A stretch of 61,570 bases of DNA, counting the filler, from Gonapodya sp. JEL0774 (lineage: Eukaryota): assembly GCA_027604505.1 (NCBI GenBank). It is 17 parts of 17 records of this genome, joined end to end, with 100 filler letters (N's around TTAATTAATTAA, not from the genome) between each part and the next. Parts side by side here need not be neighbours in the genome. Positions count along the whole stretch, not along the records: positions 47,243 to 50,753 come from JADIIX010001261.1; positions 50,854 to 54,359 come from JADIIX010001262.1; positions 54,460 to 57,965 come from JADIIX010001263.1; positions 58,066 to 61,570 come from JADIIX010001264.1; 13 more parts are not named here. One strand, written 5' to 3'. Both the position numbers and the translations under genes were made by a program. Shown in pieces: positions 50,001 to 61,570 of this stretch (position 1 is its first letter; the number at the start of each line of letters is the position of its first letter). Under the pieces are notes generated by a model that was given only the letters and a program-made list of their open reading frames with translations, had not been told where the DNA came from and ran no database searches.

Positions 50001-51229
50001 TAACCCAGATTGTGTCGGGCTGGGGACCGTGGTGAAGGCTGGACGGGTCTTTCGGAATTTTCATTATGATGTAAGGAAGGCAGTCACTACAAACACATCT
50101 GTGAGATGGGGCCATGAGTTTGAGAGTCAATTGGGAGAGCCTCCCGAGTGTTAGTGAGGTTTGTCGGGGAAGAAGTTGCGGTTACGACGCGAAGCAGGAA
50201 ACAGGCGGGGAGGTGAGGAGGTGAGAGAAGGAAAAAGCGTCGGGTACGCAGGCGACCTGTATCTGCTCTTGCTGTCAACGTATCGTAAGATCGTGTTCAG
50301 TCGTTGCCTGTTCCAATCCCATAGTTATTACCTCCAATCAACAAATCCTGTTCTATTTCCTTTTCCCCGAGACGTCCGTTTTCGAAAGTCAAAGTCAGTT
50401 GTGCTTGGCGTGAAGCTTGATCCGGGACTAATGAAACGTGGTGAGAGCATAACATAGTCCAACAATAAGTTGTTTTCTCTGGAGGTCTAAGATCCAATGG
50501 TAACACCAAATGATTGCGAAATATATTATAACCAACTACTGCAATAGAGCCCAACTATTGTCGCAATGCGAACTTCAACTTTCGATCCGAATTGATGAAA
50601 GTACGTGGTGAGAGCCCGCCCATTGTATTCACGGCCGAACAGACCTCACTTTAGCGAGTCAAAGCGAAAGAGAAAACTCAGGGACAATTGTACATAACTA
50701 CATTGCGTTTGAGTCAAAGAAAGGCTGCACGATCTACATGTTTTCCCGGCGTTNNNNNNNNNNNNNNNNNNNNNNNNNNNNNNNNNNNNNNNNNNNNTTA
50801 ATTAATTAANNNNNNNNNNNNNNNNNNNNNNNNNNNNNNNNNNNNNNNNNNNNCGTCTTTCCAACTTTTGTATGTGCAGGAGGTTCTAATAAACTGTTTG
50901 GAATCACTCATTAGCTTCCTCCTCATCCATTCTGGCGAGATGATGAGGAGACTCCGGGATCGCCCTGAACTCTCCTTCCATTACAACGTTTCAATATGCG
51001 TACTGTAAATAAAATGCTATTTGTACAGCAAATACATATCATTTCTACTCTTTGAAACCACTTCCACCCCCATCTCCCGGTTCTGCACTTCTCCATCGCC
51101 CCATTCGCTCTTTTCACTCTCAACTGCTTTGCCCACCGAGAGAAAGAACTCACCTTCGCCTGTTGACTCCCTCAACTAGTATCAAAGACATGTTCTGGAG
51201 TTCCCGGTGACTGTGGAGGACATTCAGAA

Positions 51230-51535
51230 GTGAAGAACTGAATCGGGTATGAAACCAGCCAACTCACTCGAACATGAAGCAAGCTGCAGAGACGCGTATC
51301 AATGTTATTTTCTCTTACGAGGGATTGCGCAATATCGGAGCCGTCTGAATCGGAGCCAGAGTGCCATCCATGGTTATGAACCCATCCGACATGGTCCTCC
51401 TCCGGACCAATCCACGTGTCCATCAAATCAAACGGTCGAATCAGCTATTATGGACCAATGGAAGAGAAAACGCGAGCGAGCGTGCACTTACTTGTGCGAT
51501 TCCGTCCTATTTGAAGTTCTCTCGAGCACGTGACG
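51230..51535 (+). mobile_element. Possible copia gag N-terminal remnant
   Basis: RINVIFSYEGL...DQWKRKRERACTYLCDSV loosely matches copia gag (UBN2-type). Disrupted. Confidence 0.35.
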
Positions 51536-51559
51536 GTACCACCAACGGGATTTGGGGAG

Positions 51560-51728
51560 ATGGGAGGCCAGGGAACTAGAGGGGAATCGATGGGTAAAAT
51601 ATGCAGATGAACGTGCGCGATGGTAATTGGACAGAGAATGGGTGGGAGAAAGATGGATTTATTTTCATGCTATTGGGACAAAAACGTGTGCTGAAACTGG
51701 GTGGGGCCAACCTTTTCTGAAACAGCTG
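51560..51728 (+). repeat. Second copy of the dispersed repeat at 12039-12205, at the start of a CpG-depleted block
   Basis: Shares the GGGGCCAACCTTTTCTGAAACAGCT core and flanks. Confidence 0.75.
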
Positions 51729-52685
51729 TAATACTGGGTTGCAGTGTCTGGTTTCCCAAGCCTCTCTGATCACGAGCTGAACACAAGTTGGTTCAAGGGT
51801 GCGGATTCAATAAAAACCCCCCATACATTTGCTGATTTGAAGCAGTACTTACAAAAGCTGTCCCAGCAGTTTTGGATACTGAAAAGACTCATATTGCAAA
51901 ATTGATCAAGGGGACCACCTTTATAAAGTGAGAAAACCAATTTTCATTTTGGAGGGTGTCGTGTCATCAATTACGTTCTCTATGGATTGAGGAACCTCTG
52001 TTTATCCTTCCAAACCTGACACATAGAACTTGTTTGATCCTCTAGTGTCGACAGGTCTTATAACCACCAACAGTGACATGGCGCCTGAGTACAGGTCCTT
52101 CAACATTCAGTACTTCTAGTTGTTGCATGATCATGTATCTCTATGGTTGTCACAATATGACCCACCATAATTATTCTGCAGTTGGTGGGTCCAGAAGTTG
52201 GACCACTAGGAAATGCTTTGACTAGTGAGAATGGTGCTCTTCTGAGAATTGTTCAATCCCACACAAACTGATCACTTTGTGCTGGTGACAGGTGATGTAA
52301 TAAAGCTACTGCAGATGTGGGTTCTGGTCTGACACTTTTTGATGCTTCATGGATAGGAATATGGACCATTAGTGCAATTGATTTGATGTACCCAGTATAC
52401 TTGCACATAAAGAATTTTTGAGCACCCAAAGCTCAGTGAGTGATCACAGTGTCATGGCCACCAAGGAAGAGCAAAATGTATTCAGTCATGCAGGTGAGTT
52501 TCTGCTGTGCTGCATGTATGTCTATTGTCTGTCACACGGGAATTGCTAAATTGAGCAGTATTTAGACAATACACACATCAGCAATCATCAATGATATCAA
52601 CTTCCCTGCACCAAGGTAGTGAAGATGGACACAAAATTGTCAAAAATTTGGCTTGGTGATGTGGAGACATCTCCCCTTCGTAGGT

Positions 52686-52756
52686 TGCGCCAATCGGGAA
52701 TCGAACCCGAACCTTTTGCTTGGAAGGCAAATATCCTGCCGTTGGACTATTAGCGC
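52686..52756 (-). tRNA. tRNA-Gly (anticodon TCC), intronless
   Basis: GCGCTAATAGTCCAACGGCAGGATATTTGCCTTCCAAGCAAAAGGTTCGGGTTCGATTCCCGATTGGCGCA. Acceptor stem GCGCTAA/TTGGCGC, anticodon stem TTTGC/GCAAA with loop CT-TCC-AA, T-loop TTCGATT. Confidence 0.95.
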
Positions 52757-53399
52757 TTATTACTTGTAAGTAGATGTCATTAAATGTATATAAATCTATA
52801 AATTGAAAATGACTCCGAAGGACATACCTGTCCCTCCCCCTTTCAACCAAGCCAAGCCATGTACCGAAACACGAAATTTGACGTTTTCCCCTTCCAATCG
52901 TCGTCGCGATCACGCATGAATCACTGTGATTCCTCTCCTTCTATTTTTTTTTATGGATCCTTTCAGCTGTCTGATTTGGATGTCTTCACCTCTGCGGGAC
53001 GTTGTCCCCGCCCAGACGTGCTGACCGTTCCGCTTCCCCGCCTTTCCCCAACGGGCAGATTCAATTTCATCCAGCCTTGCTGCCGCTCAGTTGCTCATGA
53101 CCTTGAAGTGTCCAGTTTGATTGGAGCGAGCTGCGCTCGCTCCTGACAAACCGAAGTGGGACGTGATTCTCCTCTACATGTTTTTACACTTAATCCCATG
53201 CGAGATGAAACTGCGCCCTTGCTCCTTCTTTGTACTTGTGCTGTTTGGTGCTGGTTCTGCTTCTGTGTCAAAGTGTATCAGTTTTTTCAAGCGCTGTGGA
53301 CACTCTTCAAAAGTCGCTCAGTGAATCCATCTCCCGCACGTGCAACACCAAAATTTTCCCATCTCCATCTCCGTTGGAAACTCCGCATTCAACAACGCA

Positions 53400-54297
53400 A
53401 GACGATCGTACGATCGCAGACGCCATCGCGGTTCTGCCAACTCCCGCTCGACTTCATCCTCTCTTGATCCTCCAGTACTTGCCAGATTGTCGACTCGGTC
53501 TACCCCTCAGAGCCAGCACACGTGATATCCTACCGGCTCTTCGCTCACCGGTACCCAATAGCCGCGCGAGCGATTCGGTGGTTCAGAACTCCCCGGCTTG
53601 CGTCCGGTACTACGGGAATACGCCGACACGATCCTCTCGATCCCGCCCCGTCATTGCGGCCACTGTTGATCGTTGTGACAAGGATTCTTTTTGAGTCTTA
53701 CGATGTTTGGTATGGGGCGGGTGTCGTTTTGCAGCAGGTTCAACGTATTTTCTCAGGATCTTTTATGGAGAGCCCTTAGAACGGGAATGTGTATTCGCTT
53801 GACAAGGACAATGAGCGCCGCAGATGTGATTCTGGATGCGATGCTGGAGTTGAGCGACCTGTTTGATATTTGTGTCCTGCAGGGATTCGCTGCTCAACAT
53901 ATTTTCGACAATTGCACACGATCGCTCCATCCTTCGAGAGAATGTTGTTCTGCACAGATACACGCGGTCGCATGATCTCCAGCGACTGAAGAACCGTCAC
54001 AGCCTCTTTGCTCTCCCTCACCTGCCTATTTCTGAATCGACAAGTCATCCACGCCTGGCAAAACGTTCCATTCTGTTTCACCCCGGCACATCAGACTCTA
54101 CGTCATCTACACATCTGAGACCGTCTTCAAAATCGCATGCCAAAGTGGAGACATTGAGGTGGTACAATTGCTCTAACTTGGATTCACATTCAGGAGCGAT
54201 GCCGTCTGATTGGGGCAAGGCGTCTGTGTTGGCTGTGAGCCATGGATGCATCGACTTGGTGAAACTCCTTCTGTCACGTGGACGTGGTGGTGACTGA
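53400..54297 (+). pseudogene. Degenerate paralog of the F-box-like/ankyrin gene at 19419
   Basis: LLILQYLPDCRLGLPLRA versus LLIADYLPYRLGLPIGA. Ankyrin remnant AVSHGCIDLVKLLLSRG. Broken frames in between. Confidence 0.6.
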
Positions 54298-54459
54298 GCC
54301 GATGGCCGGTGGCCGTTCCCCTCTGAAACTCGCAATCACAGGACACAGGGCGAACGTGANNNNNNNNNNNNNNNNNNNNNNNNNNNNNNNNNNNNNNNNN
54401 NNNTTAATTAATTAANNNNNNNNNNNNNNNNNNNNNNNNNNNNNNNNNNNNNNNNNNNN

Positions 54460-55533
54460 CCATTACGGGTGTAGGAATCGTAGCCAGAGGGGTAGTAACG
54501 GATGTCTGTTACGGGCTGAAGACACGATGCCGTTCCCGTGCACCGTAATCGAACCATGTCAACGAAATGAACGTGAAGAGTCCGCCGGGGACCCGGGGCA
54601 AGAAGAGACAAGAGCAACTCACATAGATGAGGGTTTGGTGGCATATCCGGACCCTGCTTCCTGGTTCGCCGAGGGCGAGGGCGACTGCGGCGGCGAGGTT
54701 TCCGCCGGCTGAGTCGCCTCCGACGGCTTGGTACAGGAATTGAAACGGATGGGTACAGGGAAAGAGTCAGGGGAACATGAGAGACGGAGGCGGAAACCAA
54801 ACCCACCGATCCGAGTCTTATCGACGCCCAGGTGCGCTGCGTTGTCGTACACCCACTCTACAGATTGGAGGCAGTCGTGGAACGGTATTGGGTAGGCGTA
54901 TTCTGGAGCTAGACGGTACTTCAAACGTCCCACAAGAGTAAGTGATGAGAAATGCAGTGGTTTCTTCCCCCTCCAAGTGCCCGACGACACGTAAACAAGC
55001 CACTTACGTTCACGCTCACCACCACACACCCCACCACATTCGCATACCTCGCCGGCGGCGCGTCGTGCGTGTGGGTGCTTCCGACGACCCACCCGCCGCC
55101 GTGGAAGTACACATACACGGGAAGGGGGTCGGCGGCAGGCTCGTGTGGACGGGGACGGTACACGCGGGCGGTGATGGTGGCAGGCGGGGAGGTCACGGGG
55201 ATGGAGATGTCGGTAACAGAGTGGATGGGTTCGCGTTTGGCCCAGGGTTGAGCTGGAATGGGGAAGAGAGTGGTTGCGATCGATCATGGGATCGGAAATG
55301 TTGATCCGACGGACGTGAGTACATGTGATGATGGCATCAAGCGACAAAGCACGTCAGTGACTCCACCACCGACAACTCTACGCACACTCGAAGTTTTTCC
55401 TGGCTGCCACGTGTGACTTTGCCATCCATATGGGCTTTATCTGCATTTGCTTGGCGAGGTCCAGGTCTGCTTGGATCTTGCGATTCAGAGGGGTTGTGGA
55501 GGGCGCTGGTGGGGTGGGGATGGGCGGCGGCAT
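54460..55533 (-). CDS. Hormone-sensitive-lipase family alpha/beta hydrolase (Abhydrolase_3), 3' partial
   Basis: ARVYRP, YFHGGGWVVGS, VVSVN|YRLAPE, and GGDSAGGNLAAA. Confidence 0.92.
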
Positions 55534-55798
55534 GGTTGATTGGAGGATGGGAAGTGGTAGGGCGGACGACGTGCGATGGGAATTGGGAAAGTGTGCGGAA
55601 TCCGGGAATTGTTGTGGCCTCGTTCATGCTGTGACCAGCGAATTTTGGACCGAAATGAACAGACATTTGCATCGCAATCAGATCACGTTTTCTCTGGAAG
55701 GATCTCGGCTCTTCATCTCGGATATTTGATCCATTTCGTGTCGGCCCCCCTAACCATAGTTCTCGTGTGATCCAGTCATTCCAATCAAGAAGGCCATC

Positions 55799-57965
55799 AT
55801 GTCACAGCGAATCGCAATATACATAACCGATTCCTCTCTGCCGCCTACCGTCTTGTCCACACTTCCTCCTAACGCGGTGAAAGGGAATATCCCCATCTTG
55901 GACGACCTTGTGCCCACCTCAGAGCTGCTCCACCAACTCTGCGAGGCCCAACTCACCTCCCGATATCCTGCCCTCAGTCCTTTCATCCACGCATTTCGTT
56001 TTCGCGTGGATCAATACAAAAGATACGATCTCCCACGGAAGGACAGCGTGCAAGATGCAGTCGCAGACTTGCCCCGCTTTCTCAAAAAGCAGATTTACCC
56101 AAGGAACGCGACCGCCCCCCTCAAACATGAGGATCCCTTAGATCTTCGAGTAGTCACAAAGTTGCAGTATCTCAAAGAAATCAATAAATACGTACTTGGA
56201 GTGGAGAAGGCCTACTGGAACCACTTCGGTGCCATCAAGTACCTCGAATCTCGCCCACGGCCACCTTCCCCACCACAAATCGACGCTAACAAATCTAACG
56301 GCAGGGTTAGTGATGACTCTGAGGTGACTGAGAGTGGTGACTCTGAGAGTACAAACACTGACGGCACGTATGAGACCGACAGCGGCGACGAAAGGTCTGA
56401 GGATGATGATACGGTCAGGAGGCGTCACACGGAACTCATTGCAAGCCATTGCCAGTCACGCAGCCATTACTTTACCCTCCTGCGTACTATGATGACCAGG
56501 TGGCGGACGTACGCACCAGTAGAGCAGGTCACGACCTTTGCTGCAACGCTTCCCTCGACAACAAACACTGATGACACGTCACCCCAAATGGTTCAACTCT
56601 GGCTCAAGTACATGAGATCCGTCAAAGCGGAGCCCAACCGGGTACCGAAAGATTTGTCGGAAAAGTTCCTTCCCTTTCTCCGCGAGCGCCTTCACAATCC
56701 ACCCGAACACTTCACGGTACTATGGGAATCTGAGAACAGCAAGTTTCCATCCACCGGCACTATGGCTGTCATCGGTGAATTGACGGGAGAAGAGCGCAAA
56801 ACTGAGTATCTGCGGATCAAAACGGCTCAGCTTGCGGATATCACCGAACAGGAGATCCGGGAAGTATCTGAAAGGGAGGAAGAGATTGAGGGTGTGCGAG
56901 TGAGCCGGTCATTTATGAGCAACCGGCTTGTGGAGGTGTCGTTCGGTTCAATGTACCCGGAGCGTACTGACAAGGCGGCCAGCAAGTCTCTTGTTGCAGT
57001 ATGGGACATGTTGAGTGAAGAAGAAAAGAGAACGTGGTGGAGGAGAGATGCGTGGGAGCTCAAGCAGAAGGGTTCCAACACAACCGAGAAAGATGTGAGG
57101 TGAGTTTTTCATCCAGCAGCTGGATGCATTAGCACATTAGAAGCATGTGATCAATCAACGGAGCTTGCTTTTCGACGCAATAACAGGGAACCTGTTCCTC
57201 CAGTGCAAACCACACGAGTTGGGCGTGTGTCTGCCATTCCCGTTCCACCAAATGACCCATCTTTCACCGTTACTTCGGGAATGATCTATTGGGGCCACCT
57301 TGGAACCATCGCCCACGCGGGTGTTGTGCCATCGTCTTACACCGACGGTCCAGAAGGAAAAGGGCTCCCCAAAAGGCTGACCGGTGGAACGATCCTGCAG
57401 CACAGCTTCAGATACCGCGCGCACGCCCGGAACGGGACGTGGAAAGTCGCCCAAGTGTCGGCCAACTCGTCGGAGGAGGATCTCTCTGGGGACGGCGAGG
57501 AGGATATGCGGAGGATCGGATGGATCGTGTACCACGAGAGTGTCGATCCGGGCGAGAGTGTGTTGAGGGCGAGTGGGATTTACAGAATATCTGGGAACGG
57601 TGATAATGTAGGTTCAGAGTGTGGCGACCAGCATGTTGAATGGGTTCAAAACTCCGCCATTATTTCCGGCACCTGTCTCTTCTCCCCGCACGCGCTCCCA
57701 CTGCAACCCTTTCTAAGGGTGTCCTCAAAGTCGGTCGATACGATTGGTCTGGTTACTGGGATGGAGCGAGTGACCCAGTTTTTGCGTCTTACTTCTCTTC
57801 ACGGTTCCACAACGAGCCTGAAGTTGGAGATTCGTTCTATAAGTTGAAAGAGGACCATGTCAACGGACACTTGGCAGTTATTGATGCGGGTGGATTTTCG
57901 TTCGATATGCTGGATTGTGGAATGACGTGAGTATTGCAGCTGTGGGTTATCGCACTTTCAACGCC
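55799..57965 (+). CDS. Hypothetical protein, multi-exon, 3' partial
   Basis: A 434-codon first exon splices (intron ~57100-57186) in frame into the 57203 ORF (SFTVTSGMIYWG...GGTILQH...ARNGTWKV), with a further exon KVGRYDWSG. No family recognised. Confidence 0.7.
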
Positions 57966-58065
57966 NNNNNNNNNNNNNNNNNNNNNNNNNNNNNNNNNNN
58001 NNNNNNNNNTTAATTAATTAANNNNNNNNNNNNNNNNNNNNNNNNNNNNNNNNNNNNNNNNNNNN

Positions 58066-60017
58066 GTAGAAGCAACCGCACCTGAACCGCTCGTGGTAAG
58101 TGCGGTGGCTGTTGCCGTCGGCATCGTGGACACAGTGATGGCTACGAGCGCCTTATCACTTACCCAACTGCAGCCTGCCAAATCCAGACACCTTAAGTCG
58201 GGGCAATGAGCCGCCAACGCCGCCACGGCCGCATCAGTGATTCTGCAACCAGCCACGTCGAGCGCTTCCAGGCCCCGCATTGAGCAAGTGACGGCCGAGG
58301 AAGTCAAATCAGTAAACGCTGGTTGTCGGGAGAGGCGTAGGTGGGTTAAGGAGGTGAGTGCACGGAGGGAGAGTAACGCATCCTTGGAGAGGTGTGCGGG
58401 ACCTCCTTGAGCGAGAACCTGAGCAGAATCTTCGGCGGAAGGGTCAGCTGGGTCCACAGAAGGATCGAGAGATCCAAAGTCCAATCGGCGGATCACTTTG
58501 CAGTGACGCACAAGAGATGCGACGACTTCGTCTTCCATGAAAGATTGTGATGCACGAACATCGAGTGTCACGAGACGGGGTCCAACGAGATGAAGGAAAT
58601 GAGCGAGGTCTGTGGTAGCACCGGGAGAAGCGAGTGTGCGGTTGGAGTGTATAGCAAGGTGTCCAAGGGATGGCAGAAGAGACGCCATAGAGAGTAACGT
58701 AGAAGGGAGGAGAGATATGTGAACCCCGAGGTTCAAGGTGGTGAGACGAGGAGCAAGGGTGGGGATGTGCGATGCGAAGGGTGTTTCAGGTGCGAGAAGA
58801 GAGATGAGATCCAAATCAGCAACCGGTCGAGACGAGAAGGCCAAGCAGGTGAGGCGTGGGCACCCGAGATGGATAGCTCGGGATACTGCAGGTGACAGGT
58901 GCTCGCCTCCGAGGTCCAATGACAGGAGCTCTGTAGAGCGTCGGCACAGATTGACTAGCATCTCTTCGGGGACTGGAAGGCGACCACGGCGGGGCAAATG
59001 GATGGTACGCAGAGTAGAAGGGACAGTGCGTCGAGCGACCAGTTTCCGGAAGAGGGAACCCGCGGAGTCCCCGAGGGTGCGGAGGTGGGACAGGTCGAGA
59101 TGGCGGATGGCAGGGGGTGCCCCAGCAAAGTAGGATTTCGATTGCGGTAACTCTCCTGCTGTCACTCCCTGAATGTCACGTTCCCAATCCTTTATTGTTT
59201 CGAGGAAAAGCCGAAGTTTGGCAGGTTTTGTGAGCCTCGGTGTTGACACGAGGCGGATTTGTGCTTGAGTCGACCAGGACCGAGAGACGTGAAGACAAGT
59301 GAGAAGAGTGGTGTGGTCGGGTGACACCATGGGGTCCAGATTGTGGAGAACATGTGATACGATTTCGGGTGGAAGAGTAATAGGTGTTTGGGACTTGTCG
59401 TCGGGTACGTCGGTATCAATCAGCAGCAGAGTCATCAGGACCGGTGTTTCGAGGTCACATGCAAATAACCGCAATACAGTCCCATTCAAGTTCAGGTGCA
59501 TATAGAGCATAGAGAGGTGAGAACAATTATCGGGGGGGTAGAGAAGCTCCCCATTGTTTCTTCGCGGTTGATGAGTCGAACTCACCGTTTCGTCCATCAA
59601 CGTCGAGAACGAGAGGTCAAAGTCAATCCTGCCACCCGGACTAACTGGTGACGGAAGTCCATGTGCCGGAAGATTCATTATCTTCCCTTTCCGCCCACCT
59701 GCTGCCCCATTTGGACCCGGGTTCATCGATGAAACTTCGTGGGCAGGAGCAACCGAATCAAGCGCCGCGAGAGTATCAATGGCCATGAGAGGCGGCCGCG
59801 GCTTAGTCTCAGCAGTCCAGTCCATCGGGTCGGATGGCGGGGTCCGCATGCCATCTGACGTTGGGGATGCGAAGCGGGGATTCATGATCACATCTGGCAG
59901 AGAATGGCAACGGGCGGCAGCTACGAAAAGATTCTCACCTGGAACATAAGCCGTTCTGAATGATGCGTCGAGTGATTGCGGTCCCATTGCCATTGCAGTG
60001 ATTGCGCTCGAGTCCAT
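58066..60017 (-). CDS. F-box/leucine-rich-repeat protein, 3' partial
   Basis: TLPPEIVSHVLHNL...CLHVSRSW (F-box), then cysteine-containing LRRs such as LDVAGCRITDAAV and CPDLRCLDLAGCSWVSD. Confidence 0.88.
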
Positions 60018-60392
60018 CAGATAACTGATGACTTGGCGGGTGATGAACGAGGTCAGGAATTGTGAGCGCTTCAGGACTGAAATCAAGGGGAGCAGTCCTT
60101 CAGGGAATGGTCCCCAAATCTATTTTACTATAATCATTTTGAACTTCCTCCCTCAAAGTTGTTGAAAAGCGGTCTCTCGTGAAGTGCGGTAGGGTTTGAG
60201 TTTGTATTTGGCGAACTGCATGATGGTCATATCCACTAGGGAACACGGAGTGTAAAAGAGGTTGACTGTATTGAAAAAAAAAAGAGTTCGGTATAAATTA
60301 TATAAAAGCACGGCTACCCATCGCTTGGTAGTCGCCTCATACAAGTCCCGAGAACAACCCTCCCCGGGACACACCGAGCTCCAGCGATCCAG

Positions 60393-61570
60393 CTAATACT
60401 TCGGAGGTGGATCGTATGTTGCCTGACTCTCCACTCCACCACCTGCCACAGTTGTATAGCTCGGTGGGGCAACGGCAACCGCCGACACGACAGGACCGCC
60501 TACACCCGCAGACCATCCCCTCGCCACTGCCTCCACCCACCATCCCGGGTTCCCCGGTGGGTACCTAAACGGTCCAGAAAAGTCCGCCTCGATCGCGGAC
60601 CACCCATCGCACCCCACGACAGCGTGCACGGTCTTCTCTCCCCAAACCACAGAGTAGCATCCGTCGTTTGGGATTGCGGAGCCGTCCCATCCGACCGTGG
60701 GTGTACCGGTACCACTGGGGATGAGCTGACCGTTGCGGGTGAAGAAAGTGGCGCCGGTCGGCGGATAGTACCCGACTCCGATGACATCTCCTGGCCCGTA
60801 GGCAGGACCGTACGGTCGCCCCCCGAAGGGATCCGAGACGAAAAGACGACCGTCGTCAGAATGGTAGGCGACGGAGTGAGCTAAATCAAAGAAAGCATTG
60901 GCTCGATGAGAAATTCTCTCTGACATTTCGCTTCAATGTATAATGTTTGAAACATACCGTGCCATCCAGGAAGACGGAAAGGAGGGTACGGTGATGTTGA
61001 AACTCCGATAGCTATGACAGAGATCGCGCCACCTCGAGCAGGGGTGGCACTCACAACGGTGATTTCAAAGTAGAAGAATGGTGGCCGTATCTGGTCACGA
61101 ACATGTTCAGAAAATCCTCGTTCAAGAAGGACCGCGAAAATTGTCATTAGACCGCTAGTCAACTCACATCTCCTCCTTCGAGGTACCAAAGTGGTAAGTC
61201 TGTCAAAACACACACATCCGTGTCCCCAGTCTGCCAGCTGGGCGGTTGTGCGAACCCAAGCACTGACTTCCCCTTGCCTTTGTCTTCAACGCTCACTCTT
61301 GACGCAGCCTCTGTTCCAGCAATGGGAGCAAAACGCCAAGCGGCACCTGGACCGTACGAGCTGTTCCGTTCTGCCACGGCGGTAATCAGGTGGGCAGGAA
61401 CGGGACCTCGGCCAGTGTCCGGGCCAACACCTTGACTGTCCATCCAGAGCTTGGCACGCTTGTACGAGTCGTTGCTAGCATTTTGGTAAGAACCTTCTGT
61501 CGAGCCTTGTGCGGGACCAAGAACTTCTTCGAGAGTTTTGGAGTCCGCCGGGGCGAATGTCCGATTGGAG
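60393..61570 (-). CDS. SSH4: SPRY-domain Rsp5 adaptor, Ssh4/Ear1-like, 5' partial
   Basis: FFYFEITV, IAIGVSTSPYPPFRLPGWH, SVAYHSDDG, YGPAYGPGDVIGVGY and FFTRNG. C-terminal PPSY and PPKY motifs. Confidence 0.8.

Noticed and set aside
47243..50753. Contig with many short ORFs on both strands
   Set aside because: I found no recognisable domain, consistent exon chain, RNA gene or repeat structure. It may hold decayed gene fragments that I cannot call.
3555..58065. Regularly spaced TTAATTAATTAA motif every ~3.6 kb
   Set aside because: It sits in fixed N padding and is an assembly concatenation linker, not a biological repeat. Gene neighbourhoods across linkers were therefore ignored.
1..61570. 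Fanzor/TnpB or other RNA-guided nuclease
   Set aside because: I looked for RuvC-type split motifs with a zinc finger in the TE contigs and found none I can support.

Overview
This window is not one locus. It is 17 unrelated contigs of about 3.5 kb, joined by artificial 100-nt linkers (44 N + TTAATTAATTAA + 44 N), so nothing that crosses a linker is biological. The DNA is eukaryotic nuclear, with many short GT-AG introns. It is fungal, as shown by Arp9-like, Ssh4-like and POLD4/Cdm1 genes; an early-diverging, chytrid-like lineage is my inference. Host genes are mostly partial: Sel1-repeat protein, RING-H2 ligase, Rio1, F-box-like/ankyrin, Arp9, a bacterial-type extracellular EEP nuclease, secreted truncated-globin-like tandem genes, UVRAG/Vps38-like, POLD4, DDHD phospholipase, HSL-family hydrolase, F-box/LRR, SPRY Ssh4-like and a tRNA-Gly(TCC). 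The mobile DNA is the most interesting part: (1) a DIRS-type retrotransposon whose RT contains a 74-nt spliceosomal intron, removal of which opens two overlapping frames at once; (2) an intron-containing ParB/Srx-domain gene preceded by a 7-copy 88-bp array, each unit carrying a 6-3-6 palindrome, resembling a parS/ParB module in a eukaryote; (3) a contig bounded by ~93-bp terminal inverted repeats around an unknown decayed gene; (4) a Crypton-like tyrosine recombinase facing a GCR1_C-like gene; (5) a PIF/Harbinger element whose accessory Myb-like protein is fused to an HMG box. Most TE-derived segments show CpG-to-TpG/CpA decay. All calls come from manual motif reading; no database searches were run.
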